Shown here: piece by piece, positions 13,097 to 25,242 of the stretch
Layout of the letters: each line of letters begins with the position of its first letter
Numbering within the stretch: the stretch's first letter is position 1
NCBI GenBank assembly: GCA_028534125.1
Contig: CM052817.1
Coordinates: forward strand, 40,860,001-40,924,000
Reading direction: 5' to 3'
Source: Lama glama
Taxonomy: Eukaryota
Length of the DNA stretch: 64,000 nt
Notes under the pieces: model-generated
Told to the model about the DNA's origin: nothing
The model's database searches: none
The model's input: the letters and a program-made list of their open reading frames with translations, nothing else
Translations under genes and position numbers: made by a program

Positions 13097-14109
13097 TTTT
13101 TTTTTTTTTTTTTAACATTTTTTATTGATTTATAATCATTTTACAATGTTGTTTCAAATTCCAGTAAAGAGCACAATTTTTCAGTTACACGAACTAAACG
13201 AAATGAACATATGTATATTCATTGTCACATTTTTTTTCTCTGTGAGCTACCATAAGATCTTGTATATATTTCCCTGTGCTATACAGTATAATCTTGTTTA
13301 TCTATTCTACAATTTTGAAATCCCAGTCTATCTCTTCCCACCCTCTACCCCTTGGCAACCACAAGTTTGTATTCTGTGTCTGTGAGTCTATTTCTGTTTT
13401 GTATTTATGCTTTGTTTGTTTGTTTGTTTTTTAGATTCCACATACGAGCNNNNNNNNNNNNNNNNNNNNNNNNNNNNNNNNNNNNNNNNNNNNNNNNNNN
13501 NNNNNNNNNNNNNNNNNNNNNNNNNNNNNNNNNNNNNNNNNNNNNNNNNCAGGTGTCATCCTGAGGTAAGGTTCCTTCTGAATATATGCCCAGGAGCGGA
13601 ATTCCTGGGTCATACGGTAAGTCTATTCCTAGTCTTTTGAGGAATCTCCATACTGTTTTCCACAGTGACTGCACCAAACTGCATTCCCACCAGCAGTGAA
13701 GGAGGGTTCCCTTTTCTCCACAGCCTCTCCAGCATTTGTCATCTGTGAATTTTTGAATGATGGCCATTCTGACTGGTGTGAGGTGATACCTCATTGTAGC
13801 TTTGATTTGCATTTCTCTGATAATTAGTGATAGTGAGCATTTTTTCATGTGTCTATTGATCATTTGTATGTCTTGTTTAGAGAATTGCTTGTTTAGGTCT
13901 TCTGCCCATTTTTGGATTGGGTTGTTTATTTTTTTCTTATTGAGTTGTATGAGCTGCTTGTATATTCTGGAGATCAAGCCTTTGTCAGTTTCATTTGCAA
14001 AAATTTTTTCCCATTCCGTAGATTGTCTTTTTGTTTTACTTATGGTTTCCTTTGCTGTGCAGAAGCTTGTAAGTTTCATTAGGTCCCATTTGTTTATTCT
14101 TGCTTTTAT
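13097..14109 (-). mobile_element. Young 5'-truncated L1 (ORF2 C-terminus, 3'UTR, poly-A)
   Basis: ORF 13405-14169(-) encodes the L1 ORF2 end ([18 protein letters not shown]...HCWWEC...[13 protein letters not shown]). T17 tract. Perfect TSD tcttggagcttt at 13088-13099 and 14110-14121. Confidence 0.95.
13450..13549. other. Assembly gap (100 N)
   Basis: Run of N inside the young L1. Confidence 1.
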
Positions 14110-14889
14110 TCTTGGAGCTTTGTTGTGTATAAAAAGGCATTGTCTTTCTTGATGAATTTTATGTTGCATCTATCCAAGATAAATGGCTTTGAGTGACCCA
14201 AGAGAAGCAACAGAACTCTATCAAGGTGTATTTCTAAATTATTATTACTGATAACAGTACTGCTAATGATGTCCTAATTTGCATCATGTTTTTCATAGCG
14301 TATCAAGTATTGTCAAATACATGCTCTTATCTTCTCTTCAGACTAACTCCCAAGAAGGACAGCTATTGTCATCTCCATTCTACAGGTGGAAGAACTAAGG
14401 CTCGGGGGAGTAAGGGAAACGAGGGAGCCAGCACTAAAAGCTGGTTTGAAAGTGGAAGAAGTCCACAGTACAGTGGCAGGTATCAGGGTTGAGATGAGGT
14501 GTTTGAATGGAGAATGATGACTGGAGAATAGTGAGAATAATGAGTGGAGATGTTTGAAATGGAGAGAGCAGTGACTGCTGCCACCCAGAGGGATGGTTGT
14601 GGTGCCATGTCCTGTGACATGCCTCCAGATCGTGTCAATTCTGAGCTTTGGTGTAGTCCCAGGACAGTGAACTTGTACCAACATTCAATGTAGTGACTTT
14701 CTAAATGGTTCTGCTTTTCTGTTTAGATAGTATTTTTGTGTGTGTGTGTGGTTATTCTAAAAAAGTATCATTTTAATCACCACACTTCCTTAATCTTCTC
14801 TTCCTTTTGGATTCCTTAATTACAACATCTCCCCATAAAAGACAGTCACATTTACTACTACTTGCTTCCCCAGGTCATTTATCTAGACT

Positions 14890-15035
14890 AGTTAAATGGT
14901 AGACTTGGGAAACCCATTCAAGATCACTTACAACCACCTCCTTCTAATTTTATAAATGAGGGGCATCAAGACCCAGAGAGGCAAAGTGACTTGTTCAACA
15001 ACACACAGCTAGTTAATGTGGAGGATGGAATGAAA
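14890..15035 (-). mobile_element. MIR fragment
   Basis: ttttataaatgagg...acccagagaggcaaagtgacttgttcaa...cacacagctagtta. Confidence 0.65.
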
Positions 15036-15347
15036 TAAGCTGGAGGAGAGCGAGAGAGCAGAGTTGACTTTCCACAGGGAGGATTTTCTGTAGAAGTTAA
15101 TTACATTGAGTTTTAAGGAAGGTAAAAGTTCTGGTAGTTCCATGGAAAGAGAAAGATTGCTTCTGGATCAATAAGAATTTTACTCTCTACCTGCCAGGTA
15201 ATGATGGCAGATGGGAGCCACAGGATTATTGTAGCTATGGACCCATAAGGTCTTTAGTCACAGCACTCACTGATACACCCTCAGCTTGGCACTTTGATCC
15301 TGAACCAGTGCTGAAAATAGAAAGTCATTCTGAAAGGACATGGCATA

Positions 15348-15938
15348 TGTAGTAGGCAGAGCACCAAGATGGCCCCCAAGGTTATTGCCCCCTTTTGCAC
15401 ACACTCCTTATAATGCTCTCCCCCTTGAGTATAGACAGATCTGTGTATATAACACTTTCACTCCCATGGTTAAGTTACATTACATGACAGAGATGAAGAA
15501 ATTTTGCCGATATAATCTCAGATCAGTTGACTCTGAGTGGGTCAAAAGGAGATTATCCTGGATGGACCTGACTTAATCGGGTAAGCGTTATTCAAAAGGG
15601 ACTGAGGTTCAAAATGCAAGAGATCCTCCTGCTGGCTTTAAAGAAGTAAACCTCCACGTTCTGAGACAGCTCCTCTAGAAGCTGAGGGTGACCTCTGGCT
15701 GACAGCCAGCAAGAAAGCAGGCTCAGTCCTATGACCACAAGGAAGTGAATTCTACTAATGACCTTAATGGGCTTGGAAGCTCTGCTAATGAGCTTAGGAA
15801 AAGAGCCCCAGCTTCTGATAAGACTGTACCCCCAGCGGACACCTTTAGACCTACTGAGACCCTGAGCAGAGGACTCAGGTAGTCTGGGCCTAGACTTCTA
15901 ATGTACAGAAATTGTGAAATAATAAATTTTTGTTGTTT
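15348..15938 (+). mobile_element. MaLR LTR (MLT1E/F-like), lacking U5 end
   Basis: Starts tgtagtaggcagag...aagatggcccccaa. Typical body (ctgacagccagcaagaaa; gagaccctgagcagagga). aataaa at 15921. Confidence 0.85.
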
Positions 15939-16796
15939 GGGGAAAAAAAAAAGAATGTTACCTAAGTACCACTGTCCTGGAACGTCCCCAAGTTCAGGAG
16001 CATAAATTCAGGCAAGAATAGCCCCTTGGGGGATGCCTTGTTTCCACTTGGGGTTCAGGGATCTTGTGTCTCTTCACAGTATAGCCTATTAATTACGCAG
16101 GGCAATGATGGTAAGATTTTCAAAGAGTTGGCTCATCATAATTTCTGTGAATCATTTTGCAGAGAAAAAATTTTCTTGAGGGTCAAATCAAACTTCGTTA
16201 GATGCTTTACTTCAGGGAAGATAATATCCCTGGAAATCTATCAGAGATTCAAAGTAGATCTCCCTGCCTTGGATACAGAATTTCTTCATTTAAGCAAAAT
16301 CTCCGCTTGCTTAAAGAAGAAGAAAAAACTTTCTGATCTATGAGGGAGGACACTTGTGTTTTTCTGCCCTGTTCCTTTATTTCTAGACTACCTCCTAATG
16401 CTTTCTTGTGCTTACCAAACAGGAAATGCTAAACAGCATTCATTTCTGTTTGGTGCAAAGTGTGCTGGGGAGAGGAGGATGTCTATGTGTGAAAGGACCT
16501 GGCCTTTTTCTTCCCTTGAGACAATGCCCCTTTGTTGAGTGGGGCTCTCTTAATCAGCTGCATTTCTGGTGGTGCCCCTGCTGCAAAGCCTCTGCTCCCA
16601 GTATCGGGCCCTGTCTGTTGTGAGGGGAAAAAGGTGGGTTGACAATATTCTCGCTCAGGAAGAGCCACTTGGTGGGACTTCTTTGTGACATTTCTAGTAC
16701 ACAAATTTAGAAACAGTTCTTTGTTTCGACTCTCAGTCGTGGCGCAACACCTGTAAGGAAAAGATTGTTCTGATCATGTTCAGCTGTATCCTCCAG

Positions 16797-16832
16797 ATTA
16801 CCTGGACGTCGTGACTGTTCAGCCAAATCAAA
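16797..16832 (+). other. Candidate 36-nt exon of an unidentified gene
   Basis: ctgat...tgtatcctccag| acceptor and caaa|gtgagt donor. Phase-1 reading (D)YLDVVTVQPNQ. An alternative acceptor at 16736 gives a 96-nt exon with stops in all frames. Confidence 0.3.
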
Positions 16833-18535
16833 GTGAGTGACAAACCTCCTGCTTTGTGGGTCTCACAGAATCGTGTCTGTCACCAAGGGAGCCCTAAGAT
16901 GTGGGGGTGCTGCTTGTGTCCACAGCTCAGTGTCCAGGCCCCTTTGTGAGATGCAAGCAATGAGGGCAAAGGGATGAAGTAAGAATGTCGCCTCCCAGGA
17001 AACATGCCAATAAGTTCAAGTATGTTCGAGAGTCAGAGATACATCCTTGAGTGAGAGTCCTTGCAGGTGACTCCACGCAGGAGAGCGGGAAGAACACTGG
17101 ACTAGGATTCCTTTCTTTGTTCTTTCACCAGCCAATTATGTGCCCTTTGCCGATTCACAGAACCGTTCTGGGCCTCAGCGTCCTCGGGTGTGAGTATGGG
17201 TGTTTCCGTCAGCGTTCCTTGTCTGCAAGGAGCAGAAACCAGCTTTCGCTAACTGAAGCCGCAGCGGACTGTTAGGAAGGTGCTGGGCTGCCCACGGGAC
17301 CTGTGGAGGCCTGCGCCCAGGCTGGGCAAGGGTAGGAAGCAGAGCGGGCCTGGGCTCAGCCGAGCAGGAGCTCCTGCCACGTCGTGGCTGCGCTTGGCCT
17401 CGGTGGGCTCTCCGTAGGAGGCGTACTTCCTTCCCACGGCAGTCCGGGCAGCCCAGGGCTGGGCCCGAGGCTTCACAGTCACTGAGGGGCCTTCTGGCTG
17501 AGTCCCTGGGTTTGGTTTCTCACCTAGTGCAGAATTTTGGATTCATGACAGGCATTTTTAATTTAAAAGAAAAAAAAAGATGGACATGTCCAGTCTTTCT
17601 TTTCTGGAGCAGTTTCTATTCTGGAATATATGCATCCGTTCAGCAAAATTTTGATTTGATTGAAGTTAATATACCTGGAACCAACCTGAAGCTTAAAATG
17701 TTTAATACAGCTTTAATTTTATTACTTAATGATATAAATAAGGCAGAGAAGGCCCTAGGCTTGACATACTTGACACTTAAATCCAGCTTTGCAAAATAAT
17801 TTACTAGGCAAGGAAAGTGTTTCCTCTGCTTCTCAGGTCTGCCCGGATGTGTTGTTAGAGGGTGGTAATGAGCCTCTCTAGAAGGGGCAAAATGCGTGTT
17901 TGAAGTTACATTTTTATTTTTTACTTTATTGAAATAGATTCTCTAGGTCAAAGGCCTTTAAACTTATGTTTTCTCTGTGCTGACCACATTTAGCCATAGT
18001 TACTACAAGAATTAGGACTTGGAAGATATTTATAAGGAAGTATATTGGCATTGAATACATCAGAACCCTTTTCCTGCTGTTCTGAAAGTCAGTTCATGCC
18101 ATTCATTCTGTTTACTGCATATTAATCACTCACTTGGGAGTTTAACCATTTCAGATTATTTTCTTCATCTAAGATGACTGAGAATTTCTGTGTACTGATA
18201 CCAGAAATATTTTTCATCAGCATAAGCAGATATTTTAATCAGCAAGTATTAAGTAAACACAAAGGATTGACTTTGCATACTTTTTTTTTTTAAATACTAG
18301 ATGATGGGTGAGGATTCTACGAGCCTCGATCTTGGCTTTATAGTTAAGTTTAGGAGACCATGGTCTGTCTGTGCATCTAGTGCTCTCAAGCAGCATTGCC
18401 CTCCCCATCACCAGTGACTGGTATGTGCTGTAGAAATGGGGTCGATTGTTTTCCCATCAGATTCCCCAGGGAGCATCTCCCACAGGCACAGACTATCCTG
18501 TATCCCTGAGTGATGGAGAGCCCACGTGATCTCCA

Positions 18536-18968
18536 TGTGGCAGAGGTGGCTAGCTGTACCCCCCAAATTCACGCTTCTCTTTCAATAGTACACAGTTGTC
18601 CCTGGTAAGTAGCTATACAGCTGGGGCTAAATTTCCCAGCCCTTTTTGCCCCTAAGCATGGCCATGTAGCTCTTTCTCACTAATAGAATGTGAAGAGGAA
18701 TGATATGTGTCACTTCCTGGCCATGGCGTTTAAGAAGCAGGGATGCTTTTGTGTTCCTCCTTTTCTTCTCTACTGGCTGGATGCAGATGACTCCACCTGG
18801 GCTGGGCAGAGCTACAGGACGGAACCGCTGTGAGGAGCAGCGCCACCTTTCAACTAGGAACATCCACCTCGGATTCTTCCCTGAGCAGGAAATAAATTGT
18901 TAATTGTGTTTGAGCTTTTGTACTTCTGTAGGTCTGTTTGTTACATCAACTAGCATTACCCTATTATA
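18536..18968 (+). mobile_element. MaLR LTR (MLT1I/J-like)
   Basis: tgtggcagag...atttcccagcc...aatagaatgtgaagaggaatgatatgtgtcacttcc...aaataaa...tttgttac. Confidence 0.75.
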
Positions 18969-19171
18969 GGACATAGATTCTCCCGGGTAGACCTCTGATC
19001 TTGCTACTCAACATTTATTGTATCTTTTAAATTCTTTGTCATTCTGAACTTACAGTAGAAAGAGAAGACTAAGCTACGTCTTCCATGCTTATCAGATCTA
19101 CAGGAAGACACAGACATGTGATTATAAATCATCTTCCTAAATTCTTCTCCCCAATGTTTACCCTGTTGAGA

Positions 19172-19435
19172 GACAGTGTTGCCTAGTGGTTAAGCATGTG
19201 GGCTATGGAGTCAGAATGCCTGGATGTAAATGTTGCTTGTTATCTGTTGCTTATTATCTCTGTGAACTTGGGCAAGTTGCTTAACCGTGCTTTGTCTCTG
19301 TTTCCTCCTCCAAAATAGAGCTAACACTGCCTACCTCAAGTGGTTGTTACGAGGATTAAGTGAATTAGTGCAGCTTAGTGCTTGTGGTGTTTTCTGACTT
19401 GTGGTAAGCTTACAATAAATGCCATTTCTTATAAT
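19172..19435 (+). mobile_element. Near full-length MIR
   Basis: tagtggttaagcatgtgggctatggagtcagaatgcctgg...ttgggcaagttgcttaacc...gaggattaagtga. Confidence 0.8.
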
Positions 19436-19649
19436 TATTGAGGGTCCTTGTTGTGGGTTGGCCTAGGATTTCTAAGGACCTTAGCATTTATGTTCTTTGA
19501 CCTTAGTGTCAGGAGAATCCAGGAAGCTTATATATGAAGGGTGATGTCATTGTTCATAGCACAGAGGCAAATCTAATGTTAAATAAAATGAGCTACAAAC
19601 ACTAGCTACCTTGTGGATTAGAAGATCTAAGAACATGATGAGGATGGTG

Positions 19650-19875
19650 ACAGTTTACATTTTTAGTGCACAATAAGTGTCAAGCACTGTTTTAACTTTG
19701 CATGTGTTAGCTTATGTAACTACTGCAGGGACCTGATGAGGTAGGTATTATCATTGTCCCTGTGTTCCAGATGGGAAATCTGAGGCACAGCGAAGTTACA
19801 TTACTCATCGCAGGTCACACAAGCAGTAAGTGGCAGAGTTACTGCTTTAAATCCGGGCAGTCTGACTGCGGAGGC
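19650..19875 (-). mobile_element. MIR
   Basis: tgaggtaggtattatcattg...cagatgggaaatctgaggcacag. Confidence 0.75.
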
Positions 19876-20092
19876 TGTGCATGGGGCACTCCTGTTCCCC
19901 TTGAACCCCTCGCCCAGGGGGCCCTCTTCCGTGAGGGCTTCTGTGCGGTCTCTCCTGGTCTGTTCGGGAGGTTGTTCCCTGCTTTCTATGCCCGTCACCC
20001 CCCGTCTTGGACTGATTGGACTGCGGTTGGAGCTGTGCTGTGTTGCAGTTATTTGTTCATGTTTCAGTGACGTCCTTGGGTGCGTAGAGCGG

Positions 20093-20770
20093 ACTGGTGC
20101 TTCTCCGATGGGCCTATGAATGGCCTGGGGGGTCTTGTTAAAATGCAGATTCTGAATCAGTAGGTATGATGGTTAATTTCATGCGTCAACTTGACTGAGT
20201 GCCCGGATAGATGGTCCAGCATTATTTCTGGGTATGTCTGTGAGTTTTTGGATGAGATTAACATTTAAGTGAGTGGACTGAGTGAAGCGGATTGCCTTCC
20301 CTAATTCTGATAGGCCTCATCCAATCAGTTGTAGGCCTGGATAGAACAAAAAGGCTGACCCTTCCCCAAGTAAGAGAGAATTCCTCCTGCCTGATTGCCT
20401 TTGAAGTTGGACATTGGCACCATCCTGCCTTTGGACTCAAATTGAAACATCAGCCCTTCCTGGGTCTCCAGCCTGCCAGCCTTGGACTGGAACTACACCA
20501 CTGCCTCTCCTGGGCCTCCAGCTTGCCAACTCACCCAGTAGATCTTGGGAGTTGTCAGCCTCTATAGTTGTGTGAGCCAATTTCTTATAAGTCTCTTTGT
20601 GTGTGAGTGTGTGTATCTCTAAATATATCTATCAGTCTCCTATTAGTTCTGTTTCTCTGGAGAACCTGACTACTACAGTGGGTCTGAGTGGGGCCCGAGA
20701 TTCTGCATTTCTAACAAGTTTCCAGGTAATGCTGATGCTCCCAGGCAGTGGACTGCATTTTGAGAAATGG
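20093..20770. mobile_element. MER5A-like hAT MITE split by an MLT2 insertion
   Basis: Left half cttgttaaaatgcagattctgaatcagtagg; right half gtctgagtggggcccgagattctgcatttctaacaag. Confidence 0.8.
20165..20677 (+). mobile_element. ERVL solo LTR (MLT2 family)
   Basis: tatgatggttaatttcatgcgtcaacttgactg...ttctgtttctctggagaacctgactactaca. 5-bp TSD gtagg/gtggg. Confidence 0.9.
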
Positions 20771-21604
20771 AGACAAGACTGCCTCATTCACCTTTTTATC
20801 CTTGGTCTCTAACACAGAGGGCATTCACTGAGTTTCTTTTGAATGTTTTGGATGAAATTTCTTACCAGGCGAAAGATTCTCTAAAAGAAAAGGAAGTAAT
20901 GATAAGATGACGTGATTTTGAAATAGTGAAGTAGTGAGAAGATGAAGTGATTTTGAAAACTGTGACTTCAACTTTAATATAGTCCCAGTTTGACCTAAAT
21001 AAAGAGGAGAAAAGAGAAGGGAAATCAGGAAAATGACAGATTGTAAAAGCTAAACATCTAGGAAGTGGAAAGTAAGATTAATGAGACTGATTGGGCCTGA
21101 GTGCCTCTCAGCATAGAGAAGATGAAATTGGTTTTAGCACTTGTGGTTTTAATAGCATGGATCTGAAACTATGCACTGCTTGTGTGTCTTAATGTTATAG
21201 AAAATTCAGCTCTGTGCATTCATGCATCGAGAGTCTTTTTAATCATTTGTAAGTGTGATAATGCATCCATGAAGTCTGAGCCCGATAACCTTCAGTCAGT
21301 TTCATGGGTCATTATTTTCTGCTATGGAGATGGTGTGGCTCACTGGCTGTGTTTCCTCTTGGAACTTTGTTCCTGAAGTTTGGTTACACTATAAACAGCT
21401 CAACCAGTGCAGGGCTTAATTTCTGTATGGTGAGTGTTGACAACAGGTTTCATCATTGACTAGTAACTAAGGTTTACTTACCAGACTTACAAACCTGTGA
21501 CTCTAAGACTGACATTACCTCAGGAAGCACATAAAAGATAAAAGCACTGAAACAGCAACAGCAGAGGTAGACAATAGGAGTAAGACACACACACAGAAAT
21601 GCAC

Positions 21605-21792
21605 ATACAATTGAAGATGTGTTGATTGTAAGGTGTACCGTTAAGGTACGTGGTGCTAAAATGGAAAAAACTGCTGCACTATAATGATTTTAGTATTATA
21701 ATGATGTCACATTATTATATTATAAGATGCATCCCAATGTCAGAGATGTTAACATGTGAAAAAATGTGCATTATAGAATTTCTGGAATACAT
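21605..21792. mobile_element. TcMar-Tc2 (MER104/Kanga-like) fragment
   Basis: taagatgcatcccaatgtcagagatgttaacatgtgaaaaaatgtgcattatagaat...gaaatac-like terminus. Confidence 0.5.
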
Positions 21793-22220
21793 TGTGAATT
21801 TTGTATACATGTCCATAATGTGTGGATATATAAATAAATTAATACATGAATTTATTTATGCATACCCACTTAGATATATAGGTAATATTGAGAGCCTTCT
21901 CTCTCTATGTTGAAGGCCAGACTCTGTCTAGAAGGCTACAGATACTCTATGCAGAATGTCAGAAAAATGTGTTTCCTCTGGTTCTCTAGAGCAAAATAGG
22001 AGCTTATTTTAAATGTTGGGAATGACTGAAACAGAGGGTCACTGTAATGTTCCTAGGGCTTAAACTATTTGGGGCTTCAAAAATAATATTTATTTTGACC
22101 TGTGAAATTGAGGCTCTCTAATTAACAAAGAAAATTATAATTCAAATGAAAGCTATTTAGTTATTTATATGAAATATATGCTCTGTGATATGCCTTCATG
22201 CTATCTTGATTTTTTTCCAG

Positions 22221-22268
22221 ACATTTTGGTACAGATCTGCCGCTTTGTACAATCGTGTTTGAGCTGAG
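22221..22268 (+). other. Candidate 48-nt exon
   Basis: Acceptor tcttgatttttttccag| and weaker donor gag|gtatcg. One open frame (HFGTDLPLCTIVFEL). Lies in apparently repeat-free sequence. Confidence 0.25.
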
Positions 22269-23135
22269 GTATCGCTCAAGTTGACCCTGTTAATCAAGCC
22301 AGATTGCCAAGGCTTTCACTACTTGACCTTGGTTAAAATTGCAGGGCAAGTTCAGAACTGCTCCACACACACAGAGCTCCCAAAAGTTCAATAATGATCT
22401 TTAGGGTATGTGGACTTTGTGACAAGTAGCAATGGACTTTATGTGAGAAACAATTAAAATAGCATCAATGCCCACTAATGTCTTGCACCAAGGGATCAGA
22501 ATTGTGAAAAAGCTGTGAACCCCGGGAGCATGATGGATATCGTGGGCAAGCCACAGTTGTCATGGAAAAGCTAATGATCATTATTTTCCATGGATGAAAC
22601 TTTCACACTGCCAATAAAACCTTTCAAATGGTGGACGTATGTCCCCCAGGAAACATGTTTAGGCCTCGCTAAAATCTGTTTCCTTTCTTCTCTCTCCCTA
22701 AAGTCCCTTTAAGAGATTGATTATTTAATGTTAAGCCTTGTTTTATTTCATGTTGCTTTCTGTTGATCTTGTATTTGAGTTAAGGCTAGCTTGTTTACTG
22801 CTAAAGCAGGAGAGAGAAGAGAAATATTAGGGGGTTCCAAGATAGCAAGACCATAGTGGTCAATAGCAATAAAACCTCATTTTTAGGGACAGAAGAACCA
22901 CGGGAATTCTGTAAAATACTGTTATTATGCAAAGTAAAGTGTATTTTTTGCCTTGAAAAAAGAATCCACACTGTTTGAATAATGACCGGAGACACACTGT
23001 ACTTGTAGTTAACAGAAATTGAGAGTTTCCTGGGAGCCAGGCACTGGCAATAATCCCATAAGGAAGATAATCTTACTTGGCTGGTTTTACAGATGCAGAC
23101 AATGAAGCACAGAAGTTTTAGATAACTTACCTAAG

Positions 23136-23545
23136 TGTGTCAGTCAAGGTCCTGAAATTAGGTAACTGGAGGAGAGTTTATTACAGGGGTTACAGAGTAT
23201 TGGCAGGGTTTAGGGAAACCAACAGAGAGTTAGCAAGATTGAAGGTCATTTTTAATCCTAGGGTTGAGGAACTGGGGGGAGGAACAGTTTCTGGATTCAA
23301 GCTGTATAGAGAGGACCGCCTGACAGGATCTATGGATTTTGGGAGAGATGTTGGCATCTCAGAGATTTTGCAGAAAGGGAGCTGGGGCAATAAATATCCA
23401 ACCTCACTCTCCTTCTGCCCTTGGATATCCTGCTGGTGCCTTCCACTGGCTGAATCCTATTGGAAGCCGGAGGGCAAAAGAGCCCATTGATGTGGTCAGT
23501 CCCTGTGGCTCAGCCTCTTGGGACACAGAGCAGGATGGGATGTGG
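23136..23545 (-). mobile_element. Old ERVL-type LTR (LTR40/41-like) apparently inside a MIR
   Basis: tgtgtcagtcaaggtcc...gagagtttattacagggg...ggaagccggagggcaaaagagcccattgatg. MIR core immediately upstream. Confidence 0.6.
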
Positions 23546-25153
23546 TCTAATTCCAGCACCAGTGCTCTGAACCATTGCCTCATGGCAGATGCCTTCAGGT
23601 CACCTAAAGAATGAATCTAGGATTTTGAAAAATTCCATAGAAATGTCTTAGCAGCCCCAAACATCATTAATTTGTTCTTTATTATTCACTTAAAATTTTA
23701 TGATCTCTAGTATTCCATAGAACATCTTGTCTTTCTTTCCCAGGATTGCATGAAGTTCAGGTTTATCTTTGGCTCTTGAAGACTATGTGTTTTGTTACTT
23801 CTTCATCCTTTTGTGCAGAGTTCTTTTAGTTTTGGAAGCTCTTCCCTAACAATTATTTTAGTTGAGAAGAAATAAGTTCTTTTCTTAAAAGTGATCTTTA
23901 AGCCAGGGAGATTTGAGAGTATTTTGTAGTGTCAAGAAACTATCTGTTTCTAAAAAAGACAAAAAATTGCCTTTTAATGTACGTGTTAAAAAGCTAAATT
24001 GTCTGGAGAAAAATAATCCAGATAAATAAATAAATGTCCATTTTTGTATTGAAATGCAATTATTTCCATAGATACCCGACCCATAAGGATTAATTATACA
24101 GTTATGTTTTCCAAAGTCTATTTGAATTATATATAACAATGGTATAAGAAACTTCTAACTTCCTATTCAAATACTTTGTGCACTTATTTTAGAAATTGTT
24201 GATGTGCAGTGCCTTAAATAAAGATTAGTTTAATAGATTCAGTGTTCTATTTTTATTTTCACTTGCTACAAGATACAATTTGGAAATAGGTTAGAGCTTA
24301 TTAGTTACAATGATCTTGATTTTTATTTTTTTATTGTTTAAAAAAAAGTGTAATGAAGATTTTATATGTTAAAATGGGGTGGTAGGATGATGATGTTTTG
24401 ACCAGAGCAAGCTATTCTTTGTAGGGAGGAGGGAGCTTCAGATTACCCAGAAGTCTACATCTAGTCATGGGGTGTGTGGTAGTCACAGAGCTTAACGTGG
24501 TGGCCTTATAGACAGCCAGTTTGGTGACTATCTTGCTTAATAGTAGCAATAACTAGTATCTGTATTCAGCTTTAAAACTTGCAAGATACTTTTATATGCA
24601 TACATTATTTGATCTAATTTTCAGCCTTAGAAGTTATGTTTTTATCATTAAAATACAAACAAGGAGACTCATTGTCTAGTTTTACAACTAGTAGATGTTA
24701 AAGCCAGAACCCTAACAAGTTTTCTGACTCCCAAGTTTGGATCTCTTTCTAATTTCTAATGCTGACTCACAAGACATCGCCATCCCACCCAACTGAGCAG
24801 ACAGACCTGGACTGATTGCCTCCCACAGTGAAGATCATTATCTCAACAGAGCCTTGGTGCTGTCTCCTTCAACCGTGCCATGGCTAGGATTTTACTGAGA
24901 ATTGGGCGTTTGGTTTAAGGTGAGTCTTTCGGTGAGGGCACGTGACTAGGATTGAGTAAGGATGGCAGTATAATAGTTCAGGACTGGTGAAAACAAAAAG
25001 GTGAGAGAGTCCAAGAGTGTTGATACTTAATGAAGATTTTGGGAAATTCTTGTGATGAACAATCAAGGTACTTTCTTCAGCAAGTGTCCTCTGGAATAGT
25101 AAAGTAATGCTAATGAGGACAGTGGAGAAGAAAAGTCTTGTAAATGTAGCTGG

Positions 25154-25156
<3 letters not shown>

Positions 25157-25188
<32 letters not shown>
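25157..25188. repeat. (TG)16 microsatellite
   Basis: Directly visible. Confidence 0.95.
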
Positions 25189-25192
<4 letters not shown>

Positions 25193-25242
25193 TAGGTCAT
25201 TCCACGGTAGTTCCTTGGTGTCCAATCTGTGCACTGAAGGTA

